A stretch of DNA of 63,795 nucleotides, filler included, from an uncultured Acidimicrobiia bacterium (lineage in GTDB: Bacteria > Actinomycetota > Acidimicrobiia > Spongiisociales > JAOTWH01), in the NCBI GenBank assembly GCA_964347285.1. It is 6 parts of 6 records of this genome, joined end to end, with 100 filler letters (N's around TTAATTAATTAA, not from the genome) between each part and the next. Parts side by side here need not be neighbours in the genome. Positions count along the whole stretch, not along the records: positions 1 to 11,539 come from CAYFYE010000082.1; positions 11,640 to 23,030 come from CAYFYE010000083.1; 4 more parts are not named here. One strand, 5' to 3'. The translations under genes and the position numbers were made by a program. This document shows, one piece after another, positions 9,191 through 19,671 of the stretch. The notes under the pieces were generated by a model. That model made no database searches and was not told the DNA's origin. It saw only the letters and a program-made list of their open reading frames with translations. How positions within the stretch are numbered: the stretch's first letter is position 1; each line of letters begins with the position of its first letter.

Positions 9191-10783
9191 TCACGCCTCC
9201 ACGATCACCTTGGCCCGCATCCACGGGTGAGGGATGCAGAAGTACTCGAACTCGCCGGGCTCGGAGAACGTGTACGACCATGTGTCGCCGGGGTCCATGA
9301 AGCCGGAATCGAACGACTCGTTTACCGCGGTCACGGTGTGGATCTGGTCGTCGGCGTTGGTCCACGTGACGGTGTCGCCCACCTTCACCCGCAACACGTT
9401 GGGCAGGTAGTCGGCGGGCTCTTCGTTGTCGGCAAACTGGTCGGCGGCATCCACGTCGGCCACCTGCCAGGACCCGGCGGCGATCTCGACCGGTATTCCG
9501 GCGGCGGCTCCTTCGGCCTCGACGGCCTCTTCGGCCTCGACGGCCTCTTCGGCCTCGTCCCTGCCCTCCCCGGAGTCCATCGCCTCGAAGATCTCCCGGT
9601 TCTCGCCCCCGTTGACCTGGATGAGCCCGATGGCTCCCTTGTCGAACGTCCGCACCAGGGCGTGGTCGACCAGGATGATCCGCGACGGAACCTGTCCGAT
9701 GAGGTCTGCGGTGACGCTGCCTCCGGCGGCCACCAGGGTGGTCTGCGATCCCCGCAGCGGATCCGATAGGTAGGCCGACTCCGGCCACACCGCATCCCAG
9801 TGGGACCCGATGGGATGGAAGTTGGAGTCGAGGTTCAGACCCGAGTTCACGAAGAAGATGCGGGCCCGCTCCCCGACGTCGATGTTCAGGACGTTGTCGC
9901 CGGTGAGCGACCCCTTGGCCCCGTTGAACACCACCATCGTCGGATGCTCGGCGGTCAACGCCTCGCGATCCAGTTCGACCAGGCCGGGATCGGTGCCGGT
10001 CGTGTAGTACTCGGACTGCACGATGTAGAACTCGTGGTCGGTGGGCGGCAGGGGGGTTTCGGGGTCGATGAGGATGCCGCCATGCATGCCGTGGGCGATA
10101 TGTCGGGGCACGTCGCCGTAGGCACAGTGGTACATGAAGAGGCCGGGATACAGGGCCCGGGCCTCGATCGTGGCCGATTCGCCGGGCGCCACGGTGGTGT
10201 CGGCGGCCCCTCCGCCCTGTCCGGTGACGGCGTGGAAGTCGACATTGTGGGGGTTGGTGTTGGTGGCCGGGTTGGTGAGGGTGAAGCGCAACAGGTCGCC
10301 GACCCGGGCCCGGATCATGGGTCCGGGAGTGCCGATCGTCGGTGTGTCGTCGCCGGCGAGCTTGTAGCCCCACGTCTCGAACTCCACCCCGGTCTCGGGA
10401 TCGATCATGGCCACGGACTCGACGACCTCGAAGTGCACCTCGACCACTCGCTGATCGCTGCGGTCGGCGGGGGGCGGCACGTCGGGGGCGTAAGACACGT
10501 TGACCTCACCGGCAGGGACCGGCTGCAGCTGGTCCTTGGGAGTGAGCTCGGGGGTGACGGTGGCCGCCCATGCCGTGGACCCGCCGAGCGGAGCGGCGGT
10601 CTCGGTCGCCGCCGCCTCGGCCGCCACCGGAGCGCCGGAGGTCGCCGCCGGGGCGGCCGGGGCCGGGTCGTCTTCGGAGACGCTGATGATCACGAACCCG
10701 AGGATCACCAGGGTCACCGTGACGCCGGCCAACGCGGCGATGGCGACGTCCCAGCGCCACCGCGAGATGCTCTTGTCGTCCAT
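9191..10783 (-). CDS. nirK: copper nitrite reductase with N-terminal TM anchor and C-terminal cupredoxin domain
   Basis: PHNVDFHA, YHCAYGDVPRHIAHGM, SNFHPIG, LVDHAL (type-1/type-2 Cu ligands, catalytic Asp/His); C-terminal HTVTA...YFCIPHPWM. Confidence 0.88.
   Translation of the reverse strand: MDDKSISRWRWDVAIAALAGVTVTLVILGFVIISVSEDDPAPAAPAATSGAPVAAEAAATETAAPLGGSTAWAATVTPELTPKDQLQPVPAGEVNVSYAPDVPPPADRSDQRVVEVHFEVVESVAMIDPETGVEFETWGYKLAGDDTPTIGTPGPMIRARVGDLLRFTLTNPATNTNPHNVDFHAVTGQGGGAADTTVAPGESATIEARALYPGLFMYHCAYGDVPRHIAHGMHGGILIDPETPLPPTDHEFYIVQSEYYTTGTDPGLVELDREALTAEHPTMVVFNGAKGSLTGDNVLNIDVGERARIFFVNSGLNLDSNFHPIGSHWDAVWPESAYLSDPLRGSQTTLVAAGGSVTADLIGQVPSRIILVDHALVRTFDKGAIGLIQVNGGENREIFEAMDSGEGRDEAEEAVEAEEAVEAEGAAAGIPVEIAAGSWQVADVDAADQFADNEEPADYLPNVLRVKVGDTVTWTNADDQIHTVTAVNESFDSGFMDPGDTWSYTFSEPGEFEYFCIPHPWMRAKVIVEA
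9511..9557 (-). repeat. 18-bp coding tandem repeat (EAEEAV) in the NirK linker
   Basis: about 2.5 copies of CTTCGGCCTCGACGGCCT. Confidence 0.7.
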
Positions 10784-10793
10784 TGACTGACTC

Positions 10794-11192
10794 CTAGGTC
10801 TTCGTCGCCACGACGGGCGTGTTTCTCAGTTCGTCCAGGAATGCCGCCCGGGCCCCGGTCCATGCCTCGTGCAGGGCGCAGCGGGCCTGGGGATCACAGG
10901 GACCTCCCCGCAGCACGCAGCGGTCCTCGTCGGGGACCCCTTCCACCGCGTCGATCAGGTCGAGCACGCTGATCGAGCGGGGGTCGACCTCCAGCCGGTA
11001 GCCGCCGCCGCGCCCCGGCCCCGAGTTGACCCAGCCGGAGCGGACCAGCGGTCCCATCACCTGGGCCAGGAAGTCGGGGGAGGTGCCGACCGCCTCGCCG
11101 AGCTCGGTCCGCTTCACGCGCCTTCGGGCGGTTTCGAGGAAGCGGATGGCCCGGAGAGCGAGATCGGTGCGGCGGGTGAGTTCCAGGCGCAT
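10794..11192 (-). CDS. Rrf2-family Fe-S regulator (NsrR-like)
   Basis: TDLALR N-terminus, GRGGGYRL, C-x6-C-x5-C-x2-H; directly upstream of nirK. Confidence 0.88.
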   Translation of the reverse strand: MRLELTRRTDLALRAIRFLETARRRVKRTELGEAVGTSPDFLAQVMGPLVRSGWVNSGPGRGGGYRLEVDPRSISVLDLIDAVEGVPDEDRCVLRGGPCDPQARCALHEAWTGARAAFLDELRNTPVVATKT

Positions 11193-11230
11193 ATCTTGAT
11201 TCCTTTACTCATAGAGTACATATATACACG
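11193..11230 (-). promoter_or_regulatory. AT-rich promoter/operator of the Rrf2-nirK operon
   Basis: AT island with inverted repeat TACTC-ATA-GAGTA (11206-11218) next to the start codon. Confidence 0.45.
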
Positions 11231-11374
11231 TATGGCCACAAGCCCCAATTCAGGGGGTGAAGGAGACGGCCGGGGGCTTCGCCGAGACTGACTAGTCCCT
11301 ACGCCCGGGGTGATTTGGGACTGTCGGAAGACCGCGGTTGATAGGAACCTTGGTGCCGGGCGGGACGGGCAATC

Positions 11375-11539
11375 ATGGAAGGGCCAGGCACTACCCGGGC
11401 GTCTCAGCACGCCATACCTCCGCGACCCACGGCGTCGACGGCCGTCGTGCTGGTCGTGGCCGTGGCCGTGTTCGGGCTGGCAACGCCGGCCTCCGCCGCG
11501 GCCGACCACTTCTCTTCCTGCCCTTCCGGGTATGTGGCC
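11375..11539 (+). CDS. secreted protein (3'-truncated at fragment end)
   Basis: signal-peptide-like VVLVVAVAVFGLATPASA. Confidence 0.45.
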
Positions 11540-11639
11540 NNNNNNNNNNNNNNNNNNNNNNNNNNNNNNNNNNNNNNNNNNNNTTAATTAATTAANNNNN
11601 NNNNNNNNNNNNNNNNNNNNNNNNNNNNNNNNNNNNNNN
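11540..11639. other. artificial contig linker
   Basis: N-run + TTAATTAATTAA + N-run. Confidence 0.98.
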
Positions 11640-12952
11640 AACATCTGCTCGAGGATCGCTTCGACATCGCCGGCGTTGGGACCGGCCGGCGCCGGGGTGC
11701 TGCCCAGGTAGGCGGCCTTCAGCTCATCGCTGAAGAAGGGCCAGATCTCCAGGAGCCTGGGGTCGTCAATGGCCTCGGTCTGCCGCATCGGCACCGAACC
11801 ATTCCCGGCCGCCTCGATCAGGTTGTCTGTCTCCGCGATGTAGCGGAGCACAAGCGCCGCCTCGTCCGGATGCTCGGTCCCGTCGAGGACGGCCCAGGTC
11901 CGGGCCGCCGAGAGGGCTACCCCGTCGGCACCGCCACCCGACTGGGACAGCGGGACCGGGGTGAGATTCCACTGCTCGGGGTAGTCGAAGTTCTCCGCCT
12001 CGTTGAAGTCGCCGGCGGTTGTGAAGCCGTCGAGGATCAGCCCGGCGGCGCCCGATACGAAAGCCCCGCGGGATTCGTCCTCGCCCCAGGCGATGGCGTC
12101 GGGTGGGAGCAATCCCTCGTTTGCCGCCTGGAGGAACCAGTTGCACGCATACTGCCCACCATCAGAGGTGAGGTCGGGAACGGCACCGTCAAAAGGTGCC
12201 CCGGCGGCGGCGAGCACCGTCTTGAGGGTCGTCACGCCGTCGCCCGCCTTGGCCTGAACCGTAAACGGGATCGAGCCGGGTCGGGATTCCTTCATGGCCC
12301 GCATCCCGTCGAGCACCGCATCGAGAGAATCGAACGGCACGGTGACTCCCGCCTCGTCGAACCACTCCTGGTTGTAGTAGAGAACATCGAAGTTGGCCGT
12401 GGTCGACGTGCCGTACTTCACACCATCGATCGATGTTTCGTCCCAGACGAGGGGCAGCAGCAGGTCGTACTGCCCTGGGTCCTCGGTCTGCCACTGCGCC
12501 GCGATGTCGTCATGGGATCCAAGCAGCCCGGCTTCGACGTAGGCCTCGATGAGGAACGAGTCCTCGGCCCCGAGCACGTCGGGAAGAGGCTGGCCGGCAT
12601 CACGCCTCACCAGTAGCTGCTGCAAGATGTCGTCGTTGGACTGGACGTCGTACGTGACGTTGATTCCGTGCTCCGCCGTGAAGCTCTCGAAGTCATCCGG
12701 CGGTATGTAGTAGGGCCTGGTCACCCAAACGAGGAGTTCGACCGGCTCACCCGCAGCAGCCTCGTCTTCGCCGGCGTCAGCGGCCGTGGCTTCGGTGTCA
12801 CCGGCGGCAGCCGTCGTATCCGAAGAGGCGTCGCTGTCGCCGCACGCAGCGGCCACGAGCCCCATCACCAACAGGAGCACCAATGCCCGACGACTCCATC
12901 GTGTCCGACTCGAAGGTTTGGAGCTGGCGCGCTCCGACGCTCTGAATACCAC
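11640..12952 (-). CDS. carbohydrate ABC transporter substrate-binding lipoprotein (3'-truncated)
   Basis: lipobox AAAC, LYYNQEWFDEAG, FVSGAAG. Confidence 0.85.
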
Positions 12953-13114
12953 CGAATTCCTCCTCCAGTTGGTTCACCCGGGGACAGCGCGACCCGCGCA
13001 CTCCATATTCTCGGGGCTCGGGGCATTATGTAGGATACGCCGCACCCGGTCAACTGGCTCGATCTGCCATTTCTGCCTGGAGTAGTGGTCGTCAAGGGAA
13101 CCAAGGAGGAAGAC

Positions 13115-14110
13115 GTGGATCCGTTGCGGGTGGCTTCGGTGGGACTCGGATGGTGGGGAGGCACGCTGGCGGAAAAAGCGAGGCTGGGTGGTCTCGAGCT
13201 CGTCAGCTGTTTCGCCCGCACGCAAGAAACCCGGGAGGAGTTCGCCGAGAGCCACGGTTGCAGGCCGGCTTCGTCGCTCGACGAGTTGCTGTCGGATCCC
13301 GAGGTTGAGGCGGTCCTGCTGGCCACGCCACACTCGACCCACGCCGACCTCGTCGCCGAGGTGGCAGGAGCGGGCAAACACGTGTTCGTCGACAAACCAT
13401 TCACCCTCACCGTTGCCGATGGCAAGCGAGCGATCAACGCCGCTGAGAACGCCGGAGTCGTGCTGCAGACCGGTCACAACCGGCGGCGCCAGCCGGCAAA
13501 CCGACGCCTCAAGCAGATGGTGGATGAAGGCGAGCTGGGCATGATCCACTACGCCGAAGCGAACCTCTCCTATCCGAAAGGGCTCAATCCGAGGTCGGGT
13601 TGGAGAGGCGACCCGGCGGAGAGTCCGGGCGGCGGCATGACGGGCCTCGGGGTCCACATGGCCGACAACCTCAACTATCTCCTGGGCAGGCCGGCTCGGG
13701 TCGCCGCGTTCAGCCGCCGCATCATCGGCGTGGGCAAGCTGGACGACGCGACCACGGCAACGCTCGAATTCGAAGACGGGCCACTCGCCTTTCTCGGTAC
13801 GTCGATGGTCATCCCCGATATCGGCCGGACTGCTCTTTGGGGTACCGAGGCGGCCGCTTGGAACGAGATGGATGGCGAGCGCTTCTACTTCCAGCGTGTC
13901 GGGGACAAGGAACGCGAGTCGCACCCCATCGATACGCTCGACACGGTGAAGGACGAGCTCGAGGAGTTCGCGAGGAACATCCGCAACGGCACTCCCCCGG
14001 AGACGGGGGGAGCGGAGGGGCTGGAGGCCGTCGTGGTCCTCGAAGGTATCGTGGAGAGCGCAGCCTCGGGAACGGTCGTGGACCTCAACGAGGTGCGTTC
14101 CCGAGAGTAG
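13115..14110 (+). CDS. Gfo/Idh/MocA oxidoreductase
   Basis: GLGWWG, ATPHSTH, GKHVFVDKP, GHNRR; RBS AGGAG. Confidence 0.92.
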   Translation: MDPLRVASVGLGWWGGTLAEKARLGGLELVSCFARTQETREEFAESHGCRPASSLDELLSDPEVEAVLLATPHSTHADLVAEVAGAGKHVFVDKPFTLTVADGKRAINAAENAGVVLQTGHNRRRQPANRRLKQMVDEGELGMIHYAEANLSYPKGLNPRSGWRGDPAESPGGGMTGLGVHMADNLNYLLGRPARVAAFSRRIIGVGKLDDATTATLEFEDGPLAFLGTSMVIPDIGRTALWGTEAAAWNEMDGERFYFQRVGDKERESHPIDTLDTVKDELEEFARNIRNGTPPETGGAEGLEAVVVLEGIVESAASGTVVDLNEVRSRE

Positions 14111-14383
14111 GCCCGAGTGGGCCACTCCGGCGACGATGAGTCCGGCCACGGCGGGCTCGGCCAAGCTCGGTCCTCTACCATCACGGCTCACAGGAGAGCG
14201 ATCGCGGGCACCAGGCACCGAAGCAGCAGGCACCATCGCCATCTTCGCGTGGGCAGGGCGCGCCGGCCCGATTCCGCTAGCGATCCGGCTGCGCCCGGTC
14301 GGTGTCTGCCGCCGACCCGGCACGGTGACCGGCGCCTCTGCCGCAACGGATCTTGCCCAGCCCCGGGCGCCGGGTAGCTAGGG

Positions 14384-15381
14384 GTGCAAAACCGACTCAG
14401 CGCGGCTCTCGGACAACGACCCCTGGTGACGGCGGTGGTCTACACCGCCATCGCCGCACTGCCCCTGTACCTGGTCAGCGCACAGGTGCTTCAGCTGAGT
14501 CGTAGCTTGGATTTCGACGTGAGCCGACTCGGGATCGCCACCGCCACCTTCTTCGGCGCCGCGGCGCTGTCCGCCAACCTGGCGGGCCGCATCATGCCTC
14601 GTCTGGGATCGGTGAGGGGTCTTCGCATCGGCAGCATGCTGATCGTCGTCTCATGCCTGATGGCAGGGACGGCTCTGGTGTGGTGGACGGTGCCAATCGC
14701 CATGGTGGCCGCGGGCGCCGGCAACGGAGTCACCCAGATCGCGGCCAATCTCGCGATCTTCGACGGCGTTGCCGCCGGCCGGCAAGGCCTCGCCTTTGGC
14801 TCGAAGCAAGCNNNNNNNNNNNNNNNNNNNNNNNNNNNNNNNNNNNNNNNNNNNNNNNNNNNNNNNNNNNNNNNNNNNNNNNNNNNNNNNNNNNNNNNNN
14901 NNNNNNNNNNNTCGACGAGCCGGTGGCGGGCGTCGTTCTGGCGACGTTCTCGATCCTCGTGGTCGGCGTGCGGATCGGAGCGGGATGGCTGGTGGATCGC
15001 AGGCAGAGCAGTGGCCACATCGAGATGATGTGGATGGCCGGAGCAGGCGCTGTCGGGGCCCTGGTCCTGATGGTGGCGTCGACGCCCGGGCCCTATCTAT
15101 TCGCCATGCCGCTCGCCGTGCTCGGGGCCTGGGGTTGGCCGGGAGTGTTCTTCTTCACCGTCGTGCACGCCTACCCAGGGTTCCCGGCGAGGGCCACCGG
15201 CCTTGTCCTCTCCGGCAACCTGATGGGCACCGTGACCGGCCCGCTGGTGGTTGGCTGGCTTGCCGGTCAAGGGAACTACTCGGCCGCGTGGCTCTTCGTA
15301 AGCGCCTTGGCCGCGATTTCGGCCCTTGGCTTCGCCCTCAGCTATCGCCACAGCCCGCGCCCGGCTCTCGTCAGTCCTTGA
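14384..15381 (+). CDS. MFS transporter (spans scaffold gap 14812-14911)
   Basis: multiple TM helices, RQGLAFGSKQ, RIGAGWLVDRR. Confidence 0.8.
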
Positions 15382-16444
15382 CAGCTCCAGCCAGCGGCAT
15401 TCCCTCTTCGCTGAATGCCAGCGGCAGCTCAACGACCTGGCCCGTCTCCGCCGACAGGTCGGCCGCCATATAGACCTCCATCGCGTGACGCGCCAGCCTC
15501 GGGGCGACCATCACCTCCCGGTCGTAGGCGACGGCCTCGAAGAAGTGGATCGTCTCTCTCTCCATCGGGCCGGCATACACGTGATCCACATACTCACCCG
15601 GCATCGTGGAGAGCGGGAACTGGACCCCGTGCTTCGTCGTGTTGAGAACGATGTCCTTGTGACTGGCATCCATCATCAGCGCGCCGTCGGTGCCAACGAA
15701 CTCGATCCATGTGGCCGAGTAGTTGGGGTACCCGACCGGAAGGGACCAGCCGGCTCCGATGGTCACGGTCACTCCGTCATCCATGGTGATGATCATCACC
15801 TGGGTGTCGGGCACGCTCTGGTCGGCTTCTCGCGCTCCCCACGCCAGCTGGGAGTACACCCGAACCGCGCGTCGCGGCTCGAGACACCACAGCGAGAAAT
15901 CGATGTCGTGGGTCGCCTCCATCGCAGCCGGGGACAGCTTGGTTCGGGATCCGATCTTCTCCCCGAGCGACCTGGTGATGTGGCGGCTGATGAGCACGCT
16001 CACGGGGTCGCCCAGCGTGCCATCGCCGAGGCTGCGCTTGACGAGCGCTTGCTTCGCATTGAAGCGTTGTGAGTACCCGATGGTGAATTTGAGCGCGTTG
16101 GATTCGGCCAACTCCACGAGCTCGTCTGCCTCCTCGAGCGTGATTGCCATCGGCTTCTCCAGCAGAACGTGCTTTCCGGCCGACAGTGCGGCTTTCGCCA
16201 TGGGATAGTGGACCGTCTCCGGCGTCGCCGAGATGATGAGGGCGTCGATCGTCGGATCGTCAACCAGCTCCTCCCAATCCTCGGTTGCCCTGCTGGCTCC
16301 GCTGCTCGCTGCCACCTCCTGCAATCGCTCCGGTCGTATCTCGGCCAGGTGCAGCGAGGCAACGAGGGCGCTGTTCGCTGCTGCCGTCGCTCGGATGCCT
16401 CCACACCAGCCGGTGCCGATGATGCCAACGTTGATTGGTTTCAT
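15371..16444 (-). CDS. Gfo/Idh/MocA oxidoreductase
   Basis: GIIGTGWCG, GKHVLLEKP, GYSQRF, EATHDID. Confidence 0.92.
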   Translation of the reverse strand: MKPINVGIIGTGWCGGIRATAAANSALVASLHLAEIRPERLQEVAASSGASRATEDWEELVDDPTIDALIISATPETVHYPMAKAALSAGKHVLLEKPMAITLEEADELVELAESNALKFTIGYSQRFNAKQALVKRSLGDGTLGDPVSVLISRHITRSLGEKIGSRTKLSPAAMEATHDIDFSLWCLEPRRAVRVYSQLAWGAREADQSVPDTQVMIITMDDGVTVTIGAGWSLPVGYPNYSATWIEFVGTDGALMMDASHKDIVLNTTKHGVQFPLSTMPGEYVDHVYAGPMERETIHFFEAVAYDREVMVAPRLARHAMEVYMAADLSAETGQVVELPLAFSEEGMPLAGAVKD

Positions 16445-17475
16445 GGCTCCAAGCCTAGAAGCCGCGCGGCGTTGCCGCCCCTGATGAGATCGATGTCGTC
16501 CGGGGCGAGCCCGCTCACCCTACCGAGCAAGCCCAGTGGATCATCCTCTCCCATGTCGTAGGGGTAATCGGTGCCCAGGAGGATGTGATCAGATCCGTAC
16601 TTGGCGATGAGGAAGCCGAGCTGGTCAGCCTCGAACACCATCGTGTCGAAATGGAACAGCGACAGGTACTCGCTGGGCGGACGGGGGAGGCCCTGCCGAA
16701 CATCCTCACGCGCGTGGTACGCATGGTCGAAGCGACCGGCGTAGGCCGGGAGGAAGCCTCCGCCGTGGGCGAACACGATCTTGAGACCGGGGTGACGATC
16801 CATGACGCCATCGAAGATCAGGCGGCCGGCGCAGAGGGCCTCCTCCAGCGGGTGGCCGATCGTGTTGAAGAAGTAGTGGTCGATGAAGCGGCTCGGGTCG
16901 GTGAATCCGGTGGGATGGATGAACACGACCATCTCGAGATCGTCGACCGCGTCCCAGAAGGGCCCCAGCCGCGGGCTCGAGATCTCCTCACCTTCGACGT
17001 GCGTGCTGATCTCGATGCCCCCGAAACCCAACTCGCGCCGGCAGCGCTCCAGCTCCCCGATGGCCGCTTCGGTGTCCTGGAGCGGCACGGCGCCGAGTGC
17101 GGCGAAACGCCGGGGATGGGCATCGACGAGCTCGGCCAGGTCGTCGTTGATCGTCCGGAAGGCCTGCACGGCGAGGTCCCCCGTTGCCCAGTTGAAGAGA
17201 TGGTACGGAGAGACGCTCACTGCCTGGACGTCGACACCCATCGCATCCATGTCGGCCAGACGGACTTCAACAGATGCCATCTTGGGGCGAAGTGCTTCCA
17301 GCTGCCTCCGGTTGACTTCCACGGTGAGATCGTTGCCGAACTGGAGTGGTGCTCGTCCGAGCCGGTCCGCCTCGGGCTTGACCAGTGAGGCCGCCGGGGC
17401 GCACTCCCGGTGGCAATGGATGTCGATAACCCGACTCAAACGATCCTCGACCTGACGACTCCGGACATGCACCAT
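16441..17475 (-). CDS. amidohydrolase-2 family protein (ACMSD-like decarboxylase/hydratase)
   Basis: IDIHCH, FIHP, AHGGG, GTDYP. Confidence 0.88.
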   Translation of the reverse strand: MVHVRSRQVEDRLSRVIDIHCHRECAPAASLVKPEADRLGRAPLQFGNDLTVEVNRRQLEALRPKMASVEVRLADMDAMGVDVQAVSVSPYHLFNWATGDLAVQAFRTINDDLAELVDAHPRRFAALGAVPLQDTEAAIGELERCRRELGFGGIEISTHVEGEEISSPRLGPFWDAVDDLEMVVFIHPTGFTDPSRFIDHYFFNTIGHPLEEALCAGRLIFDGVMDRHPGLKIVFAHGGGFLPAYAGRFDHAYHAREDVRQGLPRPPSEYLSLFHFDTMVFEADQLGFLIAKYGSDHILLGTDYPYDMGEDDPLGLLGRVSGLAPDDIDLIRGGNAARLLGLEP

Positions 17476-17508
17476 ATAGGACCGGCCGCGAGGCGACCAT
17501 TCGGTCGA

Positions 17509-18417
17509 TCATTCGCGGCTTGGATCCACCCTGCCGATTCCGGCTCTTCGCCTGATCACTTCGACTATCGCGGAGTTGTCGAGGTCGGCGAGCCCGGTCG
17601 CCTCCCCTTCGGCCAGCGCATCCCTCACCACGGTGACCAGGTCCATGGGAGCGCCGCGGCCCAGACCGTTATCGACGATCAACCGGGAATCCTTGCGAGC
17701 CTGTCGAAGCCGGCTGAAGGGCGGCTCGTGATCGCCGGCGATCATCCGCTCACCCCAGGTATCCATGGCTTTCGAATAGGAGAGTCCATCCTTGAGGACC
17801 GCCAGGGTGGTTGCGAGGTCCAGGCCGCTCAGCTCCGCTACGACCAACGCCTCCCCCAGCGCCATGCGATGGATCGTGAGCACGTGGTTCACGATCAGCT
17901 TCATGAGCGACCCGGATCCGACCGGCCCGACGTAGTGGTGAGACCGGCCGATGGACTCGAAGATCGGTTGTCCCCTTCGGTAGGCCTCGATGGGTCCGCC
18001 CATCATCACCACCAGCTGACCTTGCTCGGTGATCTCGGCGTTGCCGCTCACGGTCGCATCGCAATAGACCACCCCTCGCTCGGCCAGCTGGGACGATATC
18101 TCCGCCGCATCCTGGGGCCGACCGGTCGTGGTGTCGTACACGTAGAGCGGTGACGTTCCCCGGTCGGTGAGGCCGTTGCGACCAAGGCAGACCTCGCGGG
18201 ATACATCCGAATCGGGGAGCGAGAGCAGAGCCGCCCAGCAGCCCTGTACGGCTTCCGATGGCGAGGTCGTCGGCACGCCACCTCTCCGTTCAAACTCCGC
18301 CAATCGCTCGGGGCTGGTGTCGAAGCCTTGGACCTGGAACCCATCCCCGAGCAGCCGCCCTGCCATTCGTGAGCCCATGAGGCCCAGTCCGATGACCGCG
18401 AGGTGACTCTTCTCCAT
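17509..18417 (-). CDS. beta-hydroxyacid dehydrogenase family NAD(P)-dependent oxidoreductase
   Basis: IGLGLMG, DATVSG, GSLMKLIVN; start may be 18459. Confidence 0.88.
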   Translation of the reverse strand: MEKSHLAVIGLGLMGSRMAGRLLGDGFQVQGFDTSPERLAEFERRGGVPTTSPSEAVQGCWAALLSLPDSDVSREVCLGRNGLTDRGTSPLYVYDTTTGRPQDAAEISSQLAERGVVYCDATVSGNAEITEQGQLVVMMGGPIEAYRRGQPIFESIGRSHHYVGPVGSGSLMKLIVNHVLTIHRMALGEALVVAELSGLDLATTLAVLKDGLSYSKAMDTWGERMIAGDHEPPFSRLRQARKDSRLIVDNGLGRGAPMDLVTVVRDALAEGEATGLADLDNSAIVEVIRRRAGIGRVDPSRE

Positions 18418-18504
18418 CCGAATGCGGCTGCCCAACTCGGGCGCTGATAGTACATCCATCACCCTCCATGCATCATGGGCACTCCGGCACCCGAGGAGGC
18501 AACC

Positions 18505-19428
18505 ATGAAAGCACTGACCAACCGGGGCGGCGGTGAGGTCGCCGTCGACGTCACCGAGGTCCCCGAGCCCCAGCCGGCGCCCTCCGAGGCGCTGGTCGAA
18601 GTCGGTGCGGCGGCGATCAACCGGGGTGAGTTGCGGCTGCTGGCAGCGCGTCCCCGCGGCTGGCGACCGGGCCAAGACGTTGCCGGAGTGGTGGTGCGGG
18701 CTGCCGCCGACGGCTCAGGCCCCGGCGAAGGATCGCCGGTCGTGGCCTGGCCGGAACAGGCCGGTTGGGCCCAGAGAGTCGCGGTCCCCACGACCCATTT
18801 GGCGGTTCTGGCTGCAGAGGTGCCGCTGTCGACGGCGGCCTGTCTGCCCGTCGCAGGTGTGACCGCTCTCAGGTTGCTTCGCCTCGGAGGAGACCCCAAG
18901 GGGAAACGGGTGTTGGTGACCGGAGCGGCCGGCGGGGTCGGCAGATTCGCCGTCGAGCTGGCGGCCGGAGCGGGAGCCGCGGTCACCGCTGTTGCGGCCA
19001 GCCCTTTCCGCGCCGAGGGGCTCGAGGAGCTTGGCGCGGAAACAATCGTCAACGAGATCGAAGAGGCCAGCGGCCCGTTCCAGCTGATCCTCGAGTCCGT
19101 CGGCGGAAGGTCACTCGAGGCGTCGGTTCGACTCGTGGCGCCTGGCGGAACCATCGCCTTGTACGGCAACTCGTCGGACACTGCTGCCCAGATCTCGTTC
19201 GGCGACTTCCGGGGCCGGGCCGGAGCTCGCATCGAGGCCTTCTTTGTGTACGAGAGCGGAGAGCCCCCTCCGTTCGGTGAGGACCTCCAGCTTCTCGCCG
19301 ACATGGTGGCGCAAGGATCGCTCCATCCGCATCCGGGACTGGAGGTTCCGTGGACCGAGGCCAACGCAGCACTCGCGGCCCTGGCCCAACGCGAGGTGAG
19401 AGGGAAGGCAGTCCTCCTCGTCGATTGA
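18505..19428 (+). CDS. MDR-family (quinone reductase-like) oxidoreductase
   Basis: INRGE, GQDVAGVV, VLVTGAAGGVG, GKAVL; RBS GGAGG. Confidence 0.88.
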   Translation: MKALTNRGGGEVAVDVTEVPEPQPAPSEALVEVGAAAINRGELRLLAARPRGWRPGQDVAGVVVRAAADGSGPGEGSPVVAWPEQAGWAQRVAVPTTHLAVLAAEVPLSTAACLPVAGVTALRLLRLGGDPKGKRVLVTGAAGGVGRFAVELAAGAGAAVTAVAASPFRAEGLEELGAETIVNEIEEASGPFQLILESVGGRSLEASVRLVAPGGTIALYGNSSDTAAQISFGDFRGRAGARIEAFFVYESGEPPPFGEDLQLLADMVAQGSLHPHPGLEVPWTEANAALAALAQREVRGKAVLLVD

Positions 19429-19671
19429 GCTGTCCGCCGCTGGACCCATCAACACCTGCAACCGACGCGGGGTCGCACTGCTGCCCCTTCTACCCGTTGG
19501 CGAACGGGCTTCATGCTCCAGGTCGCTCTCGGGGCCCTGCTCGCCAATGAGGCGGCGCCGGCGGTGACCCGGGAGCCACCAGTTGGGAACAGGTGCGGAG
19601 CAACGCTCTCGCTGCCCAGTGGGAGCCGTCGGCCGACGATCTATCGGACTTGAGGGCAACGCTCGGCGACG

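Noticed and set aside
11540..11639. Recurring TTAATTAATTAA motif flanked by Ns (five copies)
   Set aside because: Artificial six-frame-stop concatenation linker; it also invalidates synteny across fragments.
14812..14911. Split MFS gene
   Set aside because: The break is a 100-N scaffold gap; both halves are MFS-like.
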